Below, in pieces: positions 1-10,520 of a stretch of DNA of 64,000 nucleotides. Below the pieces are notes generated by a model, which made no database searches, was not told where the DNA came from, and saw only the letters and a program-made list of their open reading frames with translations. The stretch is from Gemmatimonadota bacterium (lineage in GTDB: Bacteria > Gemmatimonadota > Gemmatimonadetes > Gemmatimonadales > GWC2-71-9). The translations under genes and the position numbers were made by a program. The number at the start of each line of letters is the position of its first letter. Position 1 is the first letter of the stretch. The stretch is from the NCBI GenBank assembly GCA_022710485.1, contig JAKLGU010000001.1, positions 468,315 to 532,314 on the forward strand. The letters are read 5' to 3'.

Positions 1-560
1 GCCATCTTGGCCGCGTTGATGCCCACCACGCCGCCGCCGACGATCACGACCTCGCCCGGCGCCACGCCCGGTACGCCGCCGAGGAGGATGCCGCTCCCGC
101 CGAAGACCTTCTCGAGGTACTTGGCGCCCTCCTGCACCGCCATCCGCCCGGCCACCTCGGACATCGGCGTCAGGAGCGGAAGCTCGCCGCTCGGCAGCTG
201 CACCGTCTCGTAGGCCACCGCCACGGCGCCGGACTTGATGACGGCCTTGGTCAGCGCCTCGTCCGCGGCGAAGTGGAAGTAGGTGTAAATCAGCTGGCCC
301 TTCCGCATGCGCGGCCACTCGACCGCGATCGGCTCCTTGACCTTCATGATCATGTCGGCCTTGGCCCAGACCTCGTCGGCGGTGGCCAGCGTCTTGGCGC
401 CGACCGCGGTGTACGCCGCGTCCGCGAAGCCGCTGCCCAGTCCGGCACCCTGCTCGATGTAGACGGTGTGCCCCGCCGACACCAGCGACTCGGCGCCAGC
501 CGGCACCAGGGCGATGCGGTTCTCGTTCGTCTTGATTTCCTTCGGTACGCCGATGATCAT
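1..560 (-). CDS. ald: alanine dehydrogenase, N-terminal ~186 codons (3' end runs off the window)
   Basis: Not in the ORF track because it is open at the window edge. My minus-strand translation from the ATG at 560 reads [45 protein letters not shown]...[20 protein letters not shown]...[16 protein letters not shown]. This is the canonical AlaDH N-terminus plus the Rossmann glycine motif. Confidence 0.85.
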   Translation of the reverse strand, partial: MIIGVPKEIKTNENRIALVPAGAESLVSAGHTVYIEQGAGLGSGFADAAYTAVGAKTLATADEVWAKADMIMKVKEPIAVEWPRMRKGQLIYTYFHFAADEALTKAVIKSGAVAVAYETVQLPSGELPLLTPMSEVAGRMAVQEGAKYLEKVFGGSGILLGGVPGVAPGEVVIVGGGVVGINAAKM

Positions 561-591
561 GGCCAGGCCCTTGGTGGATGTCGTGAGAAAG

Positions 592-1845
592 TTACGCCGG
601 CCCCAGCCGGACGATGGTCTGCCGCTCCGGGGCAAAGAACTCCTGCGCCACCGCCATCAGGGTGTCGGTCCCGACGGCGTCGATCTCCTCGAGCACGCGG
701 TCCAGCGGGCGGTACGGCTCCCCCTGCAGCGCCAGCGTGGCCAGCCGGTTCATCCGGCTCTGCGGGCTCTCGAGGCCGAGCATCACCTGCCCCTTCAGCT
801 GCCGGCGGGCGTCGTCCACCTCCGTGGGCGTCAGCCCGTCGGCGGCAAGCGCCCGGAACTCCGCCAGGATCGCGTCCGTCGCCTGGTCCGCGGTGCCGGG
901 CTGGGTGCCGATGTAGACCCCCGACTGGCCAGCCGACCGGTAGAACTGGTGATACGCGTACACGGCGTACGCCAGGCCGAGGTCCTCGCGGATCCGCTGG
1001 AACAGCCGGCTCGACATGCCGCCGCCGAAGGCGTTGACCAGCATCGCCAAGGCGTAGCGCCGGTCGTCGGCGTAGCGAAAGGTATCCGTCCCGAAGACGA
1101 TGTGCGCCTGGGTCGTGTCCCGCGCCTCCCGGCGCACCACGCCGCGGGCCGCCGCGCCGGCGGAGGCGGGCGGCAGCGGCGCCTCCCGCTCGGTCCCCTC
1201 GAACCACCCCTCCCGCTCCAGCACGGTCAGCAGCTGCTCGTGGTCCACGTGCCCCGCCGCGGCGATGATGCAGTTTCCGCGAAAGTACCCCTGTCGGTGC
1301 GACGCCTGCAGGTCGGACGCGGAGAGCGCGCCGACGGTGTCGGCGCTGCCGAGGATCGAGTACCCATAGGGGTGTTCCGGCCAGAGGGTCTCCGAGTGGA
1401 GCTCGAAGACCAGGTCGTCGGGGGTGTCCTCCACCCCGTTGATCTCCTCCAGCACCACGTTTCGCTCCGGCACCAGGTCCTGCTCGCGGAGGAGCGGCCG
1501 GCGGACCAGGTCGGTCAGGATCTCGGCGGCCAGCGGCAGGTCGGCGTCGAGGACGTGCGCCTGGTAGCTGGTATGGTCGCGGCTGGTGTAGGCGTCGAGG
1601 CTCCCGCCCCGGACTTCGAGCTCCAGCGCGATCTGGCGCGCGCTCCGGCGCTCGGTGCCCTTGAACACCATGTGCTCGAGGAGGTGGGACACCCCCATCT
1701 TGGGCCGGGCCTCGTGGGCGCTCGCCGCGCGGACCCAGATCCCCAATGCGGCCGAGCGCACCCCCGGCAGCACCTCCGTGAGGAGGGTGCAGCCGTTGGG
1801 TGCGCTCGTCTGGAACAGCCCGTCGTCGAGACGGACAGTCGTCAC
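592..1845 (-). CDS. M16 (pitrilysin/insulinase) family zinc peptidase
   Basis: 417-aa ORF with the inverted zinc motif HxxEH ([14 protein letters not shown]) and the typical M16 N-terminal region. Confidence 0.85.
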   Translation of the reverse strand: MTTVRLDDGLFQTSAPNGCTLLTEVLPGVRSAALGIWVRAASAHEARPKMGVSHLLEHMVFKGTERRSARQIALELEVRGGSLDAYTSRDHTSYQAHVLDADLPLAAEILTDLVRRPLLREQDLVPERNVVLEEINGVEDTPDDLVFELHSETLWPEHPYGYSILGSADTVGALSASDLQASHRQGYFRGNCIIAAAGHVDHEQLLTVLEREGWFEGTEREAPLPPASAGAAARGVVRREARDTTQAHIVFGTDTFRYADDRRYALAMLVNAFGGGMSSRLFQRIREDLGLAYAVYAYHQFYRSAGQSGVYIGTQPGTADQATDAILAEFRALAADGLTPTEVDDARRQLKGQVMLGLESPQSRMNRLATLALQGEPYRPLDRVLEEIDAVGTDTLMAVAQEFFAPERQTIVRLGPA

Positions 1846-1849
1846 CGGC

Positions 1850-3964
1850 CTATTCCTTCGGCAGGAGCGCCTTCCGGGACAGCTTCATCCGGCCGCGCTC
1901 GTCCACCTCGAGGAGTTTGACCTTGACGATGTCGCCCTTCTTGACCACGTCCTCGGTCTTGTCGGTGCGACCGTGCTGGAGCTCGCTGATGTGCAGCAGG
2001 CCCTCGACGCCGGGCAGGATCTCGATGAAGGCGCCGAACGCCGTGGTGCTCTTGACCGGGCCCTCGTAGATCTTGCCCACCTCGGGCTCGGTGCAGATGG
2101 CGGTGACCATCTCGCGGGCCTTCTCGCCGGCCTCACCGCCGACGGCGGCGATGGTGACGAGTCCGGAGTCTTCGACGCTGATCTTGGCGCCGGTGGCCTC
2201 CTGGATGCCGCGGATCGTCTTGCCCTTCGGACCGATGAGGTCGCCGATCTTGTCGGGCTTGATCTGCAGCGTGAAGATCCGCGGCGCCCACGGCGACATC
2301 TCCGGCCGGTGGGTGTCGAGGGCCTTCGTCATCTCGCCGAGGATGTGCAGGCGGCCGAGGCGCGCCTTGTCGAGCGCCTCTTCCATGATCTTCAGGTCGA
2401 GGCCCTGGATCTTGATGTCCATCTGGATCGAGGTGATGCCGGTCGTGGTGCCGGCCACCTTGAAGTCCATGTCGCCGAGGTGGTCCTCGGAGCCCAGGAT
2501 GTCGGTCAGGATGGCGACCTTCTTGCCTTCCTTGATCAGGCCCATCGCCACGCCGGCGCAGGCGGCCTTCATCGGGACGCCCGCGTCCATCAGCGACAGC
2601 GAGCCGCCGCAGACGGTGGCCATCGACGAGGAGCCGTTCGACTCGAGGACTTCCGAGACGATCCGCATCGTGTAGGGGAACTCCTCGTACCGCGGCAGCA
2701 GGGGCTGCAGCGCCCGCTCGGCGAGCATGCCGTGCCCGATCTCGCGGCGGCTGGTGCCGCGGATCATCTTGACCTCGCCGGTGCAGTACGGCGGGAAGTT
2801 GTAGTGGAGCATGAACGACTTGGTCGTTTCACGCGCCACGTCGATGCTGTCGATGCGCTGCTCGTCGTCCGCAGTGCCGAGGGTCACGGCCACCAGCGCC
2901 TGCGTCTGGCCGCGGGTGAAGAGCGAGGAGCCGTGCGCGCGCGGCAGCAGGCTGGTCTCGATGCTGATCGGCCGGACGGTGTCGGTGTCCCGGCCGTCCA
3001 CCCGCTCGCCCTTGTCGAGGACCTGGGCCCGCATGACGCGGTATTCCACTTCCTCGATCTCGTTGCCGATGGTTCGCCCCTGGTCGGGGAACTCCGCCAG
3101 CAGCTGCTCGACGACGGACGCCTTGACCTTGGCGACGCCCTCGGAACGGCCGGCCTTGTCCTTGGCGTTGATGGCCTTGGCCATGGCCTTCTCGGCCAGC
3201 TCCTCGACGCGCTTGGTGAGCGCCGCGTCCCGCTCGGCCTTCACCCATGCCATGGTCGGCTTGGCTGCCTTGGAAATGACCTTCTGCGCGATGCCGATCA
3301 GCTCCTTGATGCCCTTCTGGCCGATTTTCAGCGCGTCGAGCACTTCCTTCTCGGAAATCTCGAGCGCGCCGCCCTCGACCATCACGATCGAGTCGGCGGA
3401 GCCGGTCACGAAGAGGTCGATGGTGGAGAACTCGAGCTGCTGGAACGTCGGGTTGAGGATCCAGTTGCCCTCGACCTGGCCCACACGGACCGCCGCGATC
3501 GGGCCGTCCCACGGAATCGGCGAGATGGCGAGCGCCGTGGAGGCCGCGAGCACGCCGAGGACGTCGGCGTCGTTCTCCTGGTCGGCCGAGATCACGGTCA
3601 CGAAGACCTGGATCTCGTTCTTGAAGCCCTCGGGGAAGAGCGGCCGGATGGACCGGTCGATGCCGCGGGCGGCAAGGATTTCCTTGTCCGACGGGCGTCC
3701 CTCACGCTTGAGGAACCCGCCCGGGATCTTGCCCGCGGCGTAGGTCTTCTCGCGATACTCGACGGTGAGGGGGAAGAACGGGAGGGTGGAGACGGTCTTG
3801 GAGACGGTCACCGCCGCCAGGACCATGGTGTCGCCGAAGCGGACGAGGCACGAGCCGGCGGCCTGCTTCGCCATCTTGCCGGTCTCGATCACGAGGGTCC
3901 GGCCGGCGAATTCAGTTTCAATCCGATGCACAGTCACAACCTTTTCTTTTCTCAGAGCACGCAA
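1850..3964 (-). CDS. pnp: polynucleotide phosphorylase
   Basis: 704-aa ORF with ...FAGRTLVIETGKMAKQA..., RNase PH repeats, and C-terminal KH/S1 domains (GKIYEGPVKSTTAFGAFIEILPGVEGLLHISEL). The longest ORF starts at a TTG at 3964. The true start is probably a GTG at 3937 or 3931. Confidence 0.95.
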   Translation of the reverse strand: MRALRKEKVVTVHRIETEFAGRTLVIETGKMAKQAAGSCLVRFGDTMVLAAVTVSKTVSTLPFFPLTVEYREKTYAAGKIPGGFLKREGRPSDKEILAARGIDRSIRPLFPEGFKNEIQVFVTVISADQENDADVLGVLAASTALAISPIPWDGPIAAVRVGQVEGNWILNPTFQQLEFSTIDLFVTGSADSIVMVEGGALEISEKEVLDALKIGQKGIKELIGIAQKVISKAAKPTMAWVKAERDAALTKRVEELAEKAMAKAINAKDKAGRSEGVAKVKASVVEQLLAEFPDQGRTIGNEIEEVEYRVMRAQVLDKGERVDGRDTDTVRPISIETSLLPRAHGSSLFTRGQTQALVAVTLGTADDEQRIDSIDVARETTKSFMLHYNFPPYCTGEVKMIRGTSRREIGHGMLAERALQPLLPRYEEFPYTMRIVSEVLESNGSSSMATVCGGSLSLMDAGVPMKAACAGVAMGLIKEGKKVAILTDILGSEDHLGDMDFKVAGTTTGITSIQMDIKIQGLDLKIMEEALDKARLGRLHILGEMTKALDTHRPEMSPWAPRIFTLQIKPDKIGDLIGPKGKTIRGIQEATGAKISVEDSGLVTIAAVGGEAGEKAREMVTAICTEPEVGKIYEGPVKSTTAFGAFIEILPGVEGLLHISELQHGRTDKTEDVVKKGDIVKVKLLEVDERGRMKLSRKALLPKE

Positions 3965-3970
3965 TGCAAA

Positions 3971-4005
3971 GAGGGCGTCCCGTCGTGCTCGGTCGGGACG
4001 CCCTC
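3971..4005 (-). terminator. rpsO-pnp intergenic hairpin (rpsO terminator / pnp leader processing-type stem)
   Basis: Perfect 12-bp stem, gagggcgtcccg (3971-3982) pairing with cgggacgccctc (3994-4005), with an 11-nt loop. On the minus strand it is followed by TTTGCATTG. Confidence 0.6.
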
Positions 4006-4020
4006 GCCCACGGGCTGCGG

Positions 4021-4281
4021 TTAGTGGCGGAGACCCAGTTGCTCGATGAGCGTCCGGTAGGTCGGCAGGTCACTCCGCTTCAGGTACGTCAGGAGGCGCC
4101 GCCGAGTGCCGACCATCTTCAGGAGACCCCGGCGACCGTGATGGTCCTTCGAATGGGTCCGGAAGTGTTCGGTGAGCGAGTTGATCCGCTCGGTGAGCAT
4201 GGCCACCTGCAAGGGGGCGGACCCGGTGTCCGTCTCGTGGAGGCGATGCTTTTCGGTGACTGCCTGCTTGTCGAAGCTCAT
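4021..4281 (-). CDS. rpsO: 30S ribosomal protein S15
   Basis: 86-aa ORF, ...[41 protein letters not shown]... Confidence 0.95.
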   Translation of the reverse strand: MSFDKQAVTEKHRLHETDTGSAPLQVAMLTERINSLTEHFRTHSKDHHGRRGLLKMVGTRRRLLTYLKRSDLPTYRTLIEQLGLRH

Positions 4282-4347
4282 GCTGTCGATTTCCGTTGGG
4301 TGCCCGCGTGGGCAACGTCATTCGTTCGCGATTCTTTCGAGCACAGC

Positions 4348-4376
4348 AAAATAAACCGCTAGTTGTGTCGTGACAA
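4348..4376 (-). promoter_or_regulatory. candidate sigma70-type promoter for rpsO
   Basis: The minus strand reads TTGTCA-N17-TATTTT (-35 at 4371-4376, -10 at 4348-4353), about 65 nt upstream of the rpsO ATG. It sits in an unusually AT-rich patch. Confidence 0.35.
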
Positions 4377-4458
4377 GGGGTTGGACATTCGCCGCCCTGC
4401 GGCCAGCCCGCCCGACGCCGCCCTCGTGCTGTCACGTAAGACAATCACGGACAACGGT

Positions 4459-5835
4459 TTAGCCAAGGTTGGCGAAAATCCTGCTCAAGTCGTTCCAGAA
4501 GGCGAAGACCATCAGCGCCATGACCATGACCAAGCCCACCAGCGTCAGCCGTTCCCGGAGCTTGAGCGAGAGCGGGCGCCGGAGGATGCCCTCCGCCAGG
4601 AGGAAGAGGAACTGTCCGCCGTCCAGGATCGGGATCGGCAGCAGGTTGAGCACCGCCAGGTTGATCGAGATGACGCCGAGGAAGCCGAAGAAGACGCCGA
4701 GGCCCGCCTCGGCCGACGCCTGCGCCATCTGGCCGATGGCGATCGGCCCCCCGATGTTCCGCCCGGCCACCCGGCCGGTCAGCATGCCGCGCACCGTCCG
4801 GACGACCGTGGTGGAGGCGTTGACGGTCGCGTCGAAGCCGGCGCCGATGGCCTCGACGAACGTCAGCGGCTCATAGACCACCTGCCCGCTGTTCCCGACG
4901 CCGATCCGGCCGATCGTCTGCTCCGCGCCGTCTGGGCCGGAGACCACTTCCGGCAGCGGCGTCACCATCACGGTCAACGTGTCGGCGCCGCGCGCCACCG
5001 CCACCGCGACGGTGTCCCCTGCCCGGCCCTTGATGGCGGACATCAGGTCCCACCACTGCGGGATCGGGGTCCCGTCCACACTGAGGATCAGGTCATGGGG
5101 CTTGAGGCCGGCGCGGCTGGCCGGCCCGCCGGGGTTGACGGTGCCAATGGTCGGCGGGCGCCAGGAGCCAATTGCCTGGGCCGCCAGCGCCCGCTCCTCG
5201 ACGGCGTCGGGATGGATCGGCAGGCGGACCTCCGGCTTGCCCGCCACCGCGATCGTGACGGTGTCGGTCGTGCCGTTCATGATCCCGTCCACCACCTCGC
5301 CCCACTGGTGCACCGCGACCCCGTTGACGGCCACGATGCTGTCGCCCGGCGCGAGCGCCGCCAGCGGCGCCAGCACCGCCGGGAGGCCGGTGGTGTCCAC
5401 GACCCCGACGCGGGTCTCGGGGTCCACGGCCCGGCCGTTCTTCGCGGCCAGCCCGGTGAACACCAGCCAGGCGAAGAGGGCGTTCATCGTCACGCCGGCC
5501 AGGATGATGACCATCCGCTTCCACACCGGCTTCGCCTCGAAATACGACTCCGGCGGCACGACCACATCCGGTGTCGCGCCCTCGAGCGCGCTGCTGGTGG
5601 ACTCCTCCTCGGCGGTGGCCATCTTCACGTAGCCGCCGAGCGGCAGCCAGCAGATGGCGTACTCGGTGTTCCGCCAGCGGAACGAGAGCCCTGGGATCGG
5701 GTTCCCGATGCCGAGCGCAAAGCGGTGGACCCACACGCCAGCCCACTTGGCGGCGAGGAAGTGGCCGGCCTCGTGCACGAAGACGAGGATGCCGAGCACG
5801 ACGAGCAGGGACGCGAGTGTCTGGAGGGCGATCAC
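4459..5835 (-). CDS. rseP: RIP (site-2) zinc metalloprotease RseP with PDZ domains
   Basis: HEAGHFLAAK (HExxH) lies just after the start, followed by PDZ-like repeats and a C-terminal membrane domain. I chose the GTG at 5835, which overlaps the dxr stop (GTGA). The 684-aa track ORF is an upstream over-extension into dxr. Confidence 0.85.
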   Translation of the reverse strand: MIALQTLASLLVVLGILVFVHEAGHFLAAKWAGVWVHRFALGIGNPIPGLSFRWRNTEYAICWLPLGGYVKMATAEEESTSSALEGATPDVVVPPESYFEAKPVWKRMVIILAGVTMNALFAWLVFTGLAAKNGRAVDPETRVGVVDTTGLPAVLAPLAALAPGDSIVAVNGVAVHQWGEVVDGIMNGTTDTVTIAVAGKPEVRLPIHPDAVEERALAAQAIGSWRPPTIGTVNPGGPASRAGLKPHDLILSVDGTPIPQWWDLMSAIKGRAGDTVAVAVARGADTLTVMVTPLPEVVSGPDGAEQTIGRIGVGNSGQVVYEPLTFVEAIGAGFDATVNASTTVVRTVRGMLTGRVAGRNIGGPIAIGQMAQASAEAGLGVFFGFLGVISINLAVLNLLPIPILDGGQFLFLLAEGILRRPLSLKLRERLTLVGLVMVMALMVFAFWNDLSRIFANLG

Positions 5836-6947
5836 GACATCTCCTCGAGGGCACGGGCCCGCGCCCAGCGGTCCGCCTCGCGCACCGCGGCGAGCGCGGT
5901 GGCGGGTTGGGTGGTGTGGGCGTTGAGCACCGCATGGATCGTGTCTGCAATTCGGCCGAACGGAATCCGTCGGTCCAGGAAGGCGGCCACCGCCGCCTCG
6001 TTGGCGGCGTTGAACACCGCCGGCGCCGTCCCGCCGGCCCGGCCGGCGGCGACGCCGAGATCGAAGGTGCGGAAGAGGTCGGCCCGCACCGGCTCGAAGG
6101 TCAGCGACCCCGCCGCGATCGGGTCGAACCGCGGCACGCCGCTGTCGGGCAGACGGACCGGGTGCGTCAGCGCGTAGAGGATGGGCAGCTCCATGGTCGG
6201 GAAGCCGAGCTGCGCCAGGACGCTCCCGTCGCCGAACTCCACGAAGGCGTGCACGATGCTCTGCGGGTGCACCACGACCTCGATGCGGTCGTAGGGGAGC
6301 CCGTAGAGGAAGTGCGCCTCGATCACCTCGAGCGCCTTGTTGGCGAGGGTGGCGCTGTCCACCGAAATCTTGCTTCCCATGCTCCAGGTCGGGTGCCGGA
6401 GCGCCTCCTCGACCGTCGCCTCCTGCACCCGCTCGGCCGGCCACTCGCGAAACGGACCGCCGGACGCCGTCAGGATCAGCCGCTCGAGCTGGCCCCCGTG
6501 ACCCGCCAGGCACTGGAGCACCGCGCTGTGCTCGCTGTCCACCGGGACCAGTTCCCCGCCCCCCTCACGCGCCGCCTCGAGGACGAGCTCCCCCGCCATG
6601 ACCAGCGATTCCTTGTTGGCGAGCGCCACCCGCTTCCCCGCCCGGAGCGCCGCCAGCGTCGCGTCGAGACCGGCCGCGCCCACCACCGCGTTGACCACGA
6701 TGTCGACCGCAGGGTGCGTGGCCGCCTCGATCAGCACGCCGGGGCCGCCGCCCGGTGCGGAGGCGTCCCCCGGCCCGACGAGGCCGGCAAAGTCAGGGTT
6801 CCATTCCAATCGCTGGGATTCGAGCAGGGAGGCGTTGCTGCCGGCGGTGAGGGCGACCACGCGGAAGTGCTCCCGCTGCCGCCGGAGGACTGCCAGCGTG
6901 CTCCGGCCGATGGAGCCGGTCGAGCCCAGCACCGCCACCCCACGCAT
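5832..6947 (-). CDS. dxr: 1-deoxy-D-xylulose 5-phosphate reductoisomerase
   Basis: 371 aa, MRGVAVLGSTGSIGRSTLAVL...NKESLVMAG...VDSEHSA... Confidence 0.95.
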   Translation of the reverse strand: MRGVAVLGSTGSIGRSTLAVLRRQREHFRVVALTAGSNASLLESQRLEWNPDFAGLVGPGDASAPGGGPGVLIEAATHPAVDIVVNAVVGAAGLDATLAALRAGKRVALANKESLVMAGELVLEAAREGGGELVPVDSEHSAVLQCLAGHGGQLERLILTASGGPFREWPAERVQEATVEEALRHPTWSMGSKISVDSATLANKALEVIEAHFLYGLPYDRIEVVVHPQSIVHAFVEFGDGSVLAQLGFPTMELPILYALTHPVRLPDSGVPRFDPIAAGSLTFEPVRADLFRTFDLGVAAGRAGGTAPAVFNAANEAAVAAFLDRRIPFGRIADTIHAVLNAHTTQPATALAAVREADRWARARALEEMS

Positions 6948-7813
6948 CAGATCGCGCCGAGCAGGCGGAAGAGAAGCGCCGCGATGGGGAGGACGAAGAT
7001 CAGGGAGTCGAACCGGTCGAGGACACCGCCGTGGCCGGGGATGAGCCTGCTGGAATCCTTGACGCCGGCCTCGCGCTTGAGGAGGGACTCGGCGAGGTCA
7101 CCCACCTGCCCCACCACGCCGAGCAGGAGCCCGATAAGGGCGCCCGCGGCGACGCCGAGGTCGAATCCGGCCGGCCGGAGCACGAACGCGACGAGGAGCG
7201 CGCCCGCCAGGGCGGCGCCGACCAGCCCGGCGATGCCGCCGGAGCGGGTCTTTCCGGGGCTGATCGTCGGCGCCATCTTCGGCCCGCCGAACGCGCGGCC
7301 CCCGGACATCGCGGCCGAATCGCCGACCCAGGTCACCACCAGCGGGAAAAACACCAGCGCGGTGCCCTCCCAGGAGCGGAGGCCGAACGACGAGTGGCGC
7401 AGGACGAGAAGGAAGGCGGGGAGGGCGGCGGCGTACACCGGCCCGACGAGGGTGACCGCCGCCGCGCCGAGGGGATGGGCGTCGGGAGCGCGGCTGGCCG
7501 TCGCCCAGGTGAGCACCGTCAGGACCCAGAGCGCGCCGACGTAGGGCCACCAGTCGAGGATCCCGAGGTTGACGTCGGGCCGGCTGAGCGACAGCCAGGT
7601 CAGCGGCGCGGCGAGGGCGGCGGCGCCGAGACCCAGCAGGGGCGACGGGTGGACGCCCCGTTCGCGGGCAAAGGCGAAGAGCTCGCGGGTGCCCAGCACG
7701 CCTGCGGCGGTGAGGAGCGCCACCAGCGCCCAGCCACCGTACCAGACGATGCCGAGCGCCACCGGGATCGCGACGACCGCGAACGCGATCCGCGCCTGCA
7801 TGTTGCGGTCCAT
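6947..7813 (-). CDS. cdsA: phosphatidate cytidylyltransferase
   Basis: 288-aa polytopic protein ending ...SPGKTRSGGIAG...DLAESLLKREAGVKDSSRLIPGHGGVLDRFDSLIF, the CTP-transferase-1 signature. Confidence 0.9.
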   Translation of the reverse strand: MDRNMQARIAFAVVAIPVALGIVWYGGWALVALLTAAGVLGTRELFAFARERGVHPSPLLGLGAAALAAPLTWLSLSRPDVNLGILDWWPYVGALWVLTVLTWATASRAPDAHPLGAAAVTLVGPVYAAALPAFLLVLRHSSFGLRSWEGTALVFFPLVVTWVGDSAAMSGGRAFGGPKMAPTISPGKTRSGGIAGLVGAALAGALLVAFVLRPAGFDLGVAAGALIGLLLGVVGQVGDLAESLLKREAGVKDSSRLIPGHGGVLDRFDSLIFVLPIAALLFRLLGAI

Positions 7814-8553
7814 CAGATCGGGACGCGTCCGAAGCGGCGGTCCCGCCGCTGGAACTCGAGCACCGCCTCGTAGAAGTCACGGCGGGTGAAGTCAGGCCAG
7901 AGGACGGGCGTGACGTACAGCTCCGCGTAGGCCAGTTGCCAGAGCAGGAAATTGGAGAGGCGGAGCTCGCCGGAGGTGCGGATGAGGAGGTCGGGATCGG
8001 GCCACGGCGCGGTGTAGAGCCGGCGAGCCACGGCGGCCTCGTCCACTTCGGCGGGGACCAGCCGGCCGGCGGCGACGTCCTCCGCGATGAGGCGCGCGGC
8101 GCGCGTGAGCTCCGCGCGGGAGCCGTACGAGATGCAGATGTTGAGCGCCAGCTCGGTGCCGCCGGCCGTCTCCCGGATGGTCTCGTCCACCGCCGCGCGC
8201 GCGCTCGGCACCAGGCGGTCGAGATCGCCGAGGAACCGGACCGCCACCCCCTTGGCCACGAGCTCCGCCCGTTCCCGGGCGATGTACTCCTCGAGGAGCG
8301 CCATCAGGGCGTCGATTTCTTCGGGGGGGCGCTGCCAGTTCTCCTGGGAAAACGCGAACAGGGTCAGGACCTTGACCCCCGCCATGCGGGCGCCCTCGAC
8401 CGCCTCCCGGACCGCCTGCATCCCGGCCTGGTGGCCGGCGGGGCGCGGCAGGGCCCGCGCCTGCGCCCAGCGGCCGTTGCCGTCCATGATGATCGCGACG
8501 TGGGCGGGGACGGCGTCCTGCTGGAGGATCGTGTCGAGCAGCGGATCGCTCAT
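7813..8553 (-). CDS. uppS: di-trans,poly-cis-undecaprenyl diphosphate synthase
   Basis: 246 aa, HVAIIMDGNGRWA...RTSGELRLSNFLLWQLAYAELY. Confidence 0.95.
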   Translation of the reverse strand: MSDPLLDTILQQDAVPAHVAIIMDGNGRWAQARALPRPAGHQAGMQAVREAVEGARMAGVKVLTLFAFSQENWQRPPEEIDALMALLEEYIARERAELVAKGVAVRFLGDLDRLVPSARAAVDETIRETAGGTELALNICISYGSRAELTRAARLIAEDVAAGRLVPAEVDEAAVARRLYTAPWPDPDLLIRTSGELRLSNFLLWQLAYAELYVTPVLWPDFTRRDFYEAVLEFQRRDRRFGRVPI

Positions 8554-8557
8554 GCCG

Positions 8558-9112
8558 TCAGACTTCCATGATTTCCGCTTCCTTGGACTTGATCACCTCG
8601 TCGACGTGCTTCACGTGCTCGTCGGTGATCTTCTGCACGTCCTTCTCGGCGCGCGTCTTGTCGTCCTCGGAAATGTGCTCGAGCTTCTTGATCTTGCCGA
8701 GGGTGTCGGTCCGCGCGTGGCGGATGGCGATGCGTCCCTCCTCGGCGAGCTTGTGGACCACCTTGACCAGCTCCTTGCGCCGCTCCTCGGACAGGGCCGG
8801 CAGCGGCACCCGGATCAGGTTGCCCTGCGAGGCGGGGTTGAGCCCGAGGTCGCCGTCGCGAATGGCCTTCTCGATGACGGGGGCCAGCGCCTTGTCGAAC
8901 GGCTGCACCGTCAGCATACGGGGCTCGGGGGCCGCCACCATGGCCACCTGGTTGAGCGGCACGAGGGAGCCGTACGCCTCGACGCGGATGGTGTCGAGGA
9001 GGGCCGTGCTCGCCTTGCCGCTCCGGATGCCGGTCAGCTCGCGCTTGGTGCTTTCCACCGCCTTGGTCATCAGCTCGCGGCAGTGCTTCAGCAACTCTGG
9101 GATCGTGGTCAT
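8558..9112 (-). CDS. frr: ribosome recycling factor
   Basis: 184 aa with typical Frr length and sequence (…[19 protein letters not shown]…). Confidence 0.95.
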   Translation of the reverse strand: MTTIPELLKHCRELMTKAVESTKRELTGIRSGKASTALLDTIRVEAYGSLVPLNQVAMVAAPEPRMLTVQPFDKALAPVIEKAIRDGDLGLNPASQGNLIRVPLPALSEERRKELVKVVHKLAEEGRIAIRHARTDTLGKIKKLEHISEDDKTRAEKDVQKITDEHVKHVDEVIKSKEAEIMEV

Positions 9113-9819
9113 CGGACGAGGGTCCCGACCCGCTCGCCACGCAGGATCCGCGCGATGGCGCCGGGTTCGTTGATGTTGAACACCTGGATGGGAAGCTGGT
9201 TGGCCTTGCAGAGCCCGAACGCGTTGGCGTCCATCACGGCGTATCCCTTGACGATCGCCTCCTGGAAGGTGAGTTCCGGGATGAACGTGGCGGTCTTGTC
9301 GGTGCGGGGATCGGCGGTGTAGACGCCGTCCACGTTCGTGGCCTTGAGGATGACGTCGGCCTCCACCTCGAGCGCGCGAAGGACCGCGGCGGTGTCGGTG
9401 GAGAAGAAGGGGTTCCCGGTGCCGCCCGCGAAGATGACCAGGCGGCCCTTTTCGAGGTGTCGCTGCGCCCGGCGCCGGATGTAGGGCTCGGCGAGCGACT
9501 CCATCCGGATGGCGGTCATGACGCGGGTGTGGACGCCCAGCTTTTCCAGGACGTCCTGCATGGCCAGGGCGTTGATGACCGTGGCCAGCATGCCCATGTA
9601 GTCGGCGTTGACCCGGTCGAGCCCCTCGCGGCTGGCGGCGGTGCCGCGGATGATGTTGCCGCCGCCCACCACGAGGCTGAGCTGCACGCCCATGGCGTGC
9701 ACCGTCTTGATCTGGTCCGCCAGGGTCTCGACGACCCGGAAGTCCACGCCCACGCCCTTCTCGCCGGCGAGCGCCTCGCCGGAGACCTTGAGCAGGGCCC
9801 GGGCGTAGGCCAGCGCCAT
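9109..9819 (-). CDS. pyrH: UMP kinase
   Basis: 236 aa, [12 protein letters not shown]...[10 protein letters not shown]...[11 protein letters not shown]. Confidence 0.95.
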   Translation of the reverse strand: MALAYARALLKVSGEALAGEKGVGVDFRVVETLADQIKTVHAMGVQLSLVVGGGNIIRGTAASREGLDRVNADYMGMLATVINALAMQDVLEKLGVHTRVMTAIRMESLAEPYIRRRAQRHLEKGRLVIFAGGTGNPFFSTDTAAVLRALEVEADVILKATNVDGVYTADPRTDKTATFIPELTFQEAIVKGYAVMDANAFGLCKANQLPIQVFNINEPGAIARILRGERVGTLVR

Positions 9820-10424
9820 CAGTCTTCCCCGATCTTGAACCGGGCGAAGCGGCGGACCACCACGGCCTCGCCGAGCTTGCCGGACACTTCCTTCACGAGC
9901 TGGCCGATGGTCTTGCTGTCGTCCTTGACGAACGGCTGCTCGAGCAGCGTGCGCTCCGCCACGAACTTCTTGAGCTTGCCCTCGACGATCTTGGCGCGGA
10001 TGGCCTCGGGCTTCCCCTCGGCCGCCACCTGCTCCTCCGCGATCCGGCGCTCGCGCTCCAGCATCTCGGACGGGATGTCCTCGGGGTTGACGCCGATCGG
10101 GTCGGCCGAGGCGATGTGCAGCGCGATGTCCCGCGCGAGCTGGCCGAAGTCCTCGGTCCGCGCCACGAAGTCCGTCTCGCTGTTGAGCTCCACGAGCACG
10201 CCGACCTGGCCGTTGTGGTGCATGTAATTGACCACGAGGCCCTGGCTCGCGCTCCGCCCGGCCCGCTTCTCGGCCTTGGCGATGCCCCGCGCGCGCAGCA
10301 TCTCACCGGCCTTGTCCATGTCGCCGCCGGCCTCCTCGAGCGCCTTCTTGCAATCCATCATGCCGGCACCGGTGCGGGCGCGGAGCTCGGCAACGTCCTT
10401 CGCGGAAATCGTCTTCGTCGTCAT
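9819..10424 (-). CDS. tsf: elongation factor Ts (short form)
   Basis: 201 aa, [34 protein letters not shown]... Confidence 0.95.
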   Translation of the reverse strand: MTTKTISAKDVAELRARTGAGMMDCKKALEEAGGDMDKAGEMLRARGIAKAEKRAGRSASQGLVVNYMHHNGQVGVLVELNSETDFVARTEDFGQLARDIALHIASADPIGVNPEDIPSEMLERERRIAEEQVAAEGKPEAIRAKIVEGKLKKFVAERTLLEQPFVKDDSKTIGQLVKEVSGKLGEAVVVRRFARFKIGED

Positions 10425-10520
10425 CGGGTATGGCTCACCAAGTAGTGGTGGATAGTGAAACCGCCGCCCAGGCCGGTTGGAGGCCGGGGGCGGCGGCGCG
10501 CTGGATCCCGCGGGGCCGGA

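Noticed and set aside
1655-4024. 789-aa plus-strand ORF, along with similar giant ORFs at 19428-22832, 25551-27521, 47386-49725, 50383-52713 and 27763-29484.
   Set aside because: Each lies antisense to, or out of frame with, a gene of unmistakable identity (pnp, Rhs, pccB, dxs, xseA/folD, rpsA). Their translations are low-complexity and rich in R, G, P, A, D, H and L. These are the usual stop-codon-poor shadow frames of a ~70% GC genome.
4459-6513. Over-long track ORFs that fuse two genes. Examples are 4459-6513, 11549-12364, 13011-15089, 30649-32709, 37395-39875, 43889-45121, 44835-46712, 46496-49054, 51586-53784 and 62053-63081.
   Set aside because: The N-terminal parts are Arg/Pro/Gly-rich read-through across the upstream gene in another frame. 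I trimmed each to the internal start that restores a normal family N-terminus and usually gives a 1-4 nt overlap with the upstream stop.
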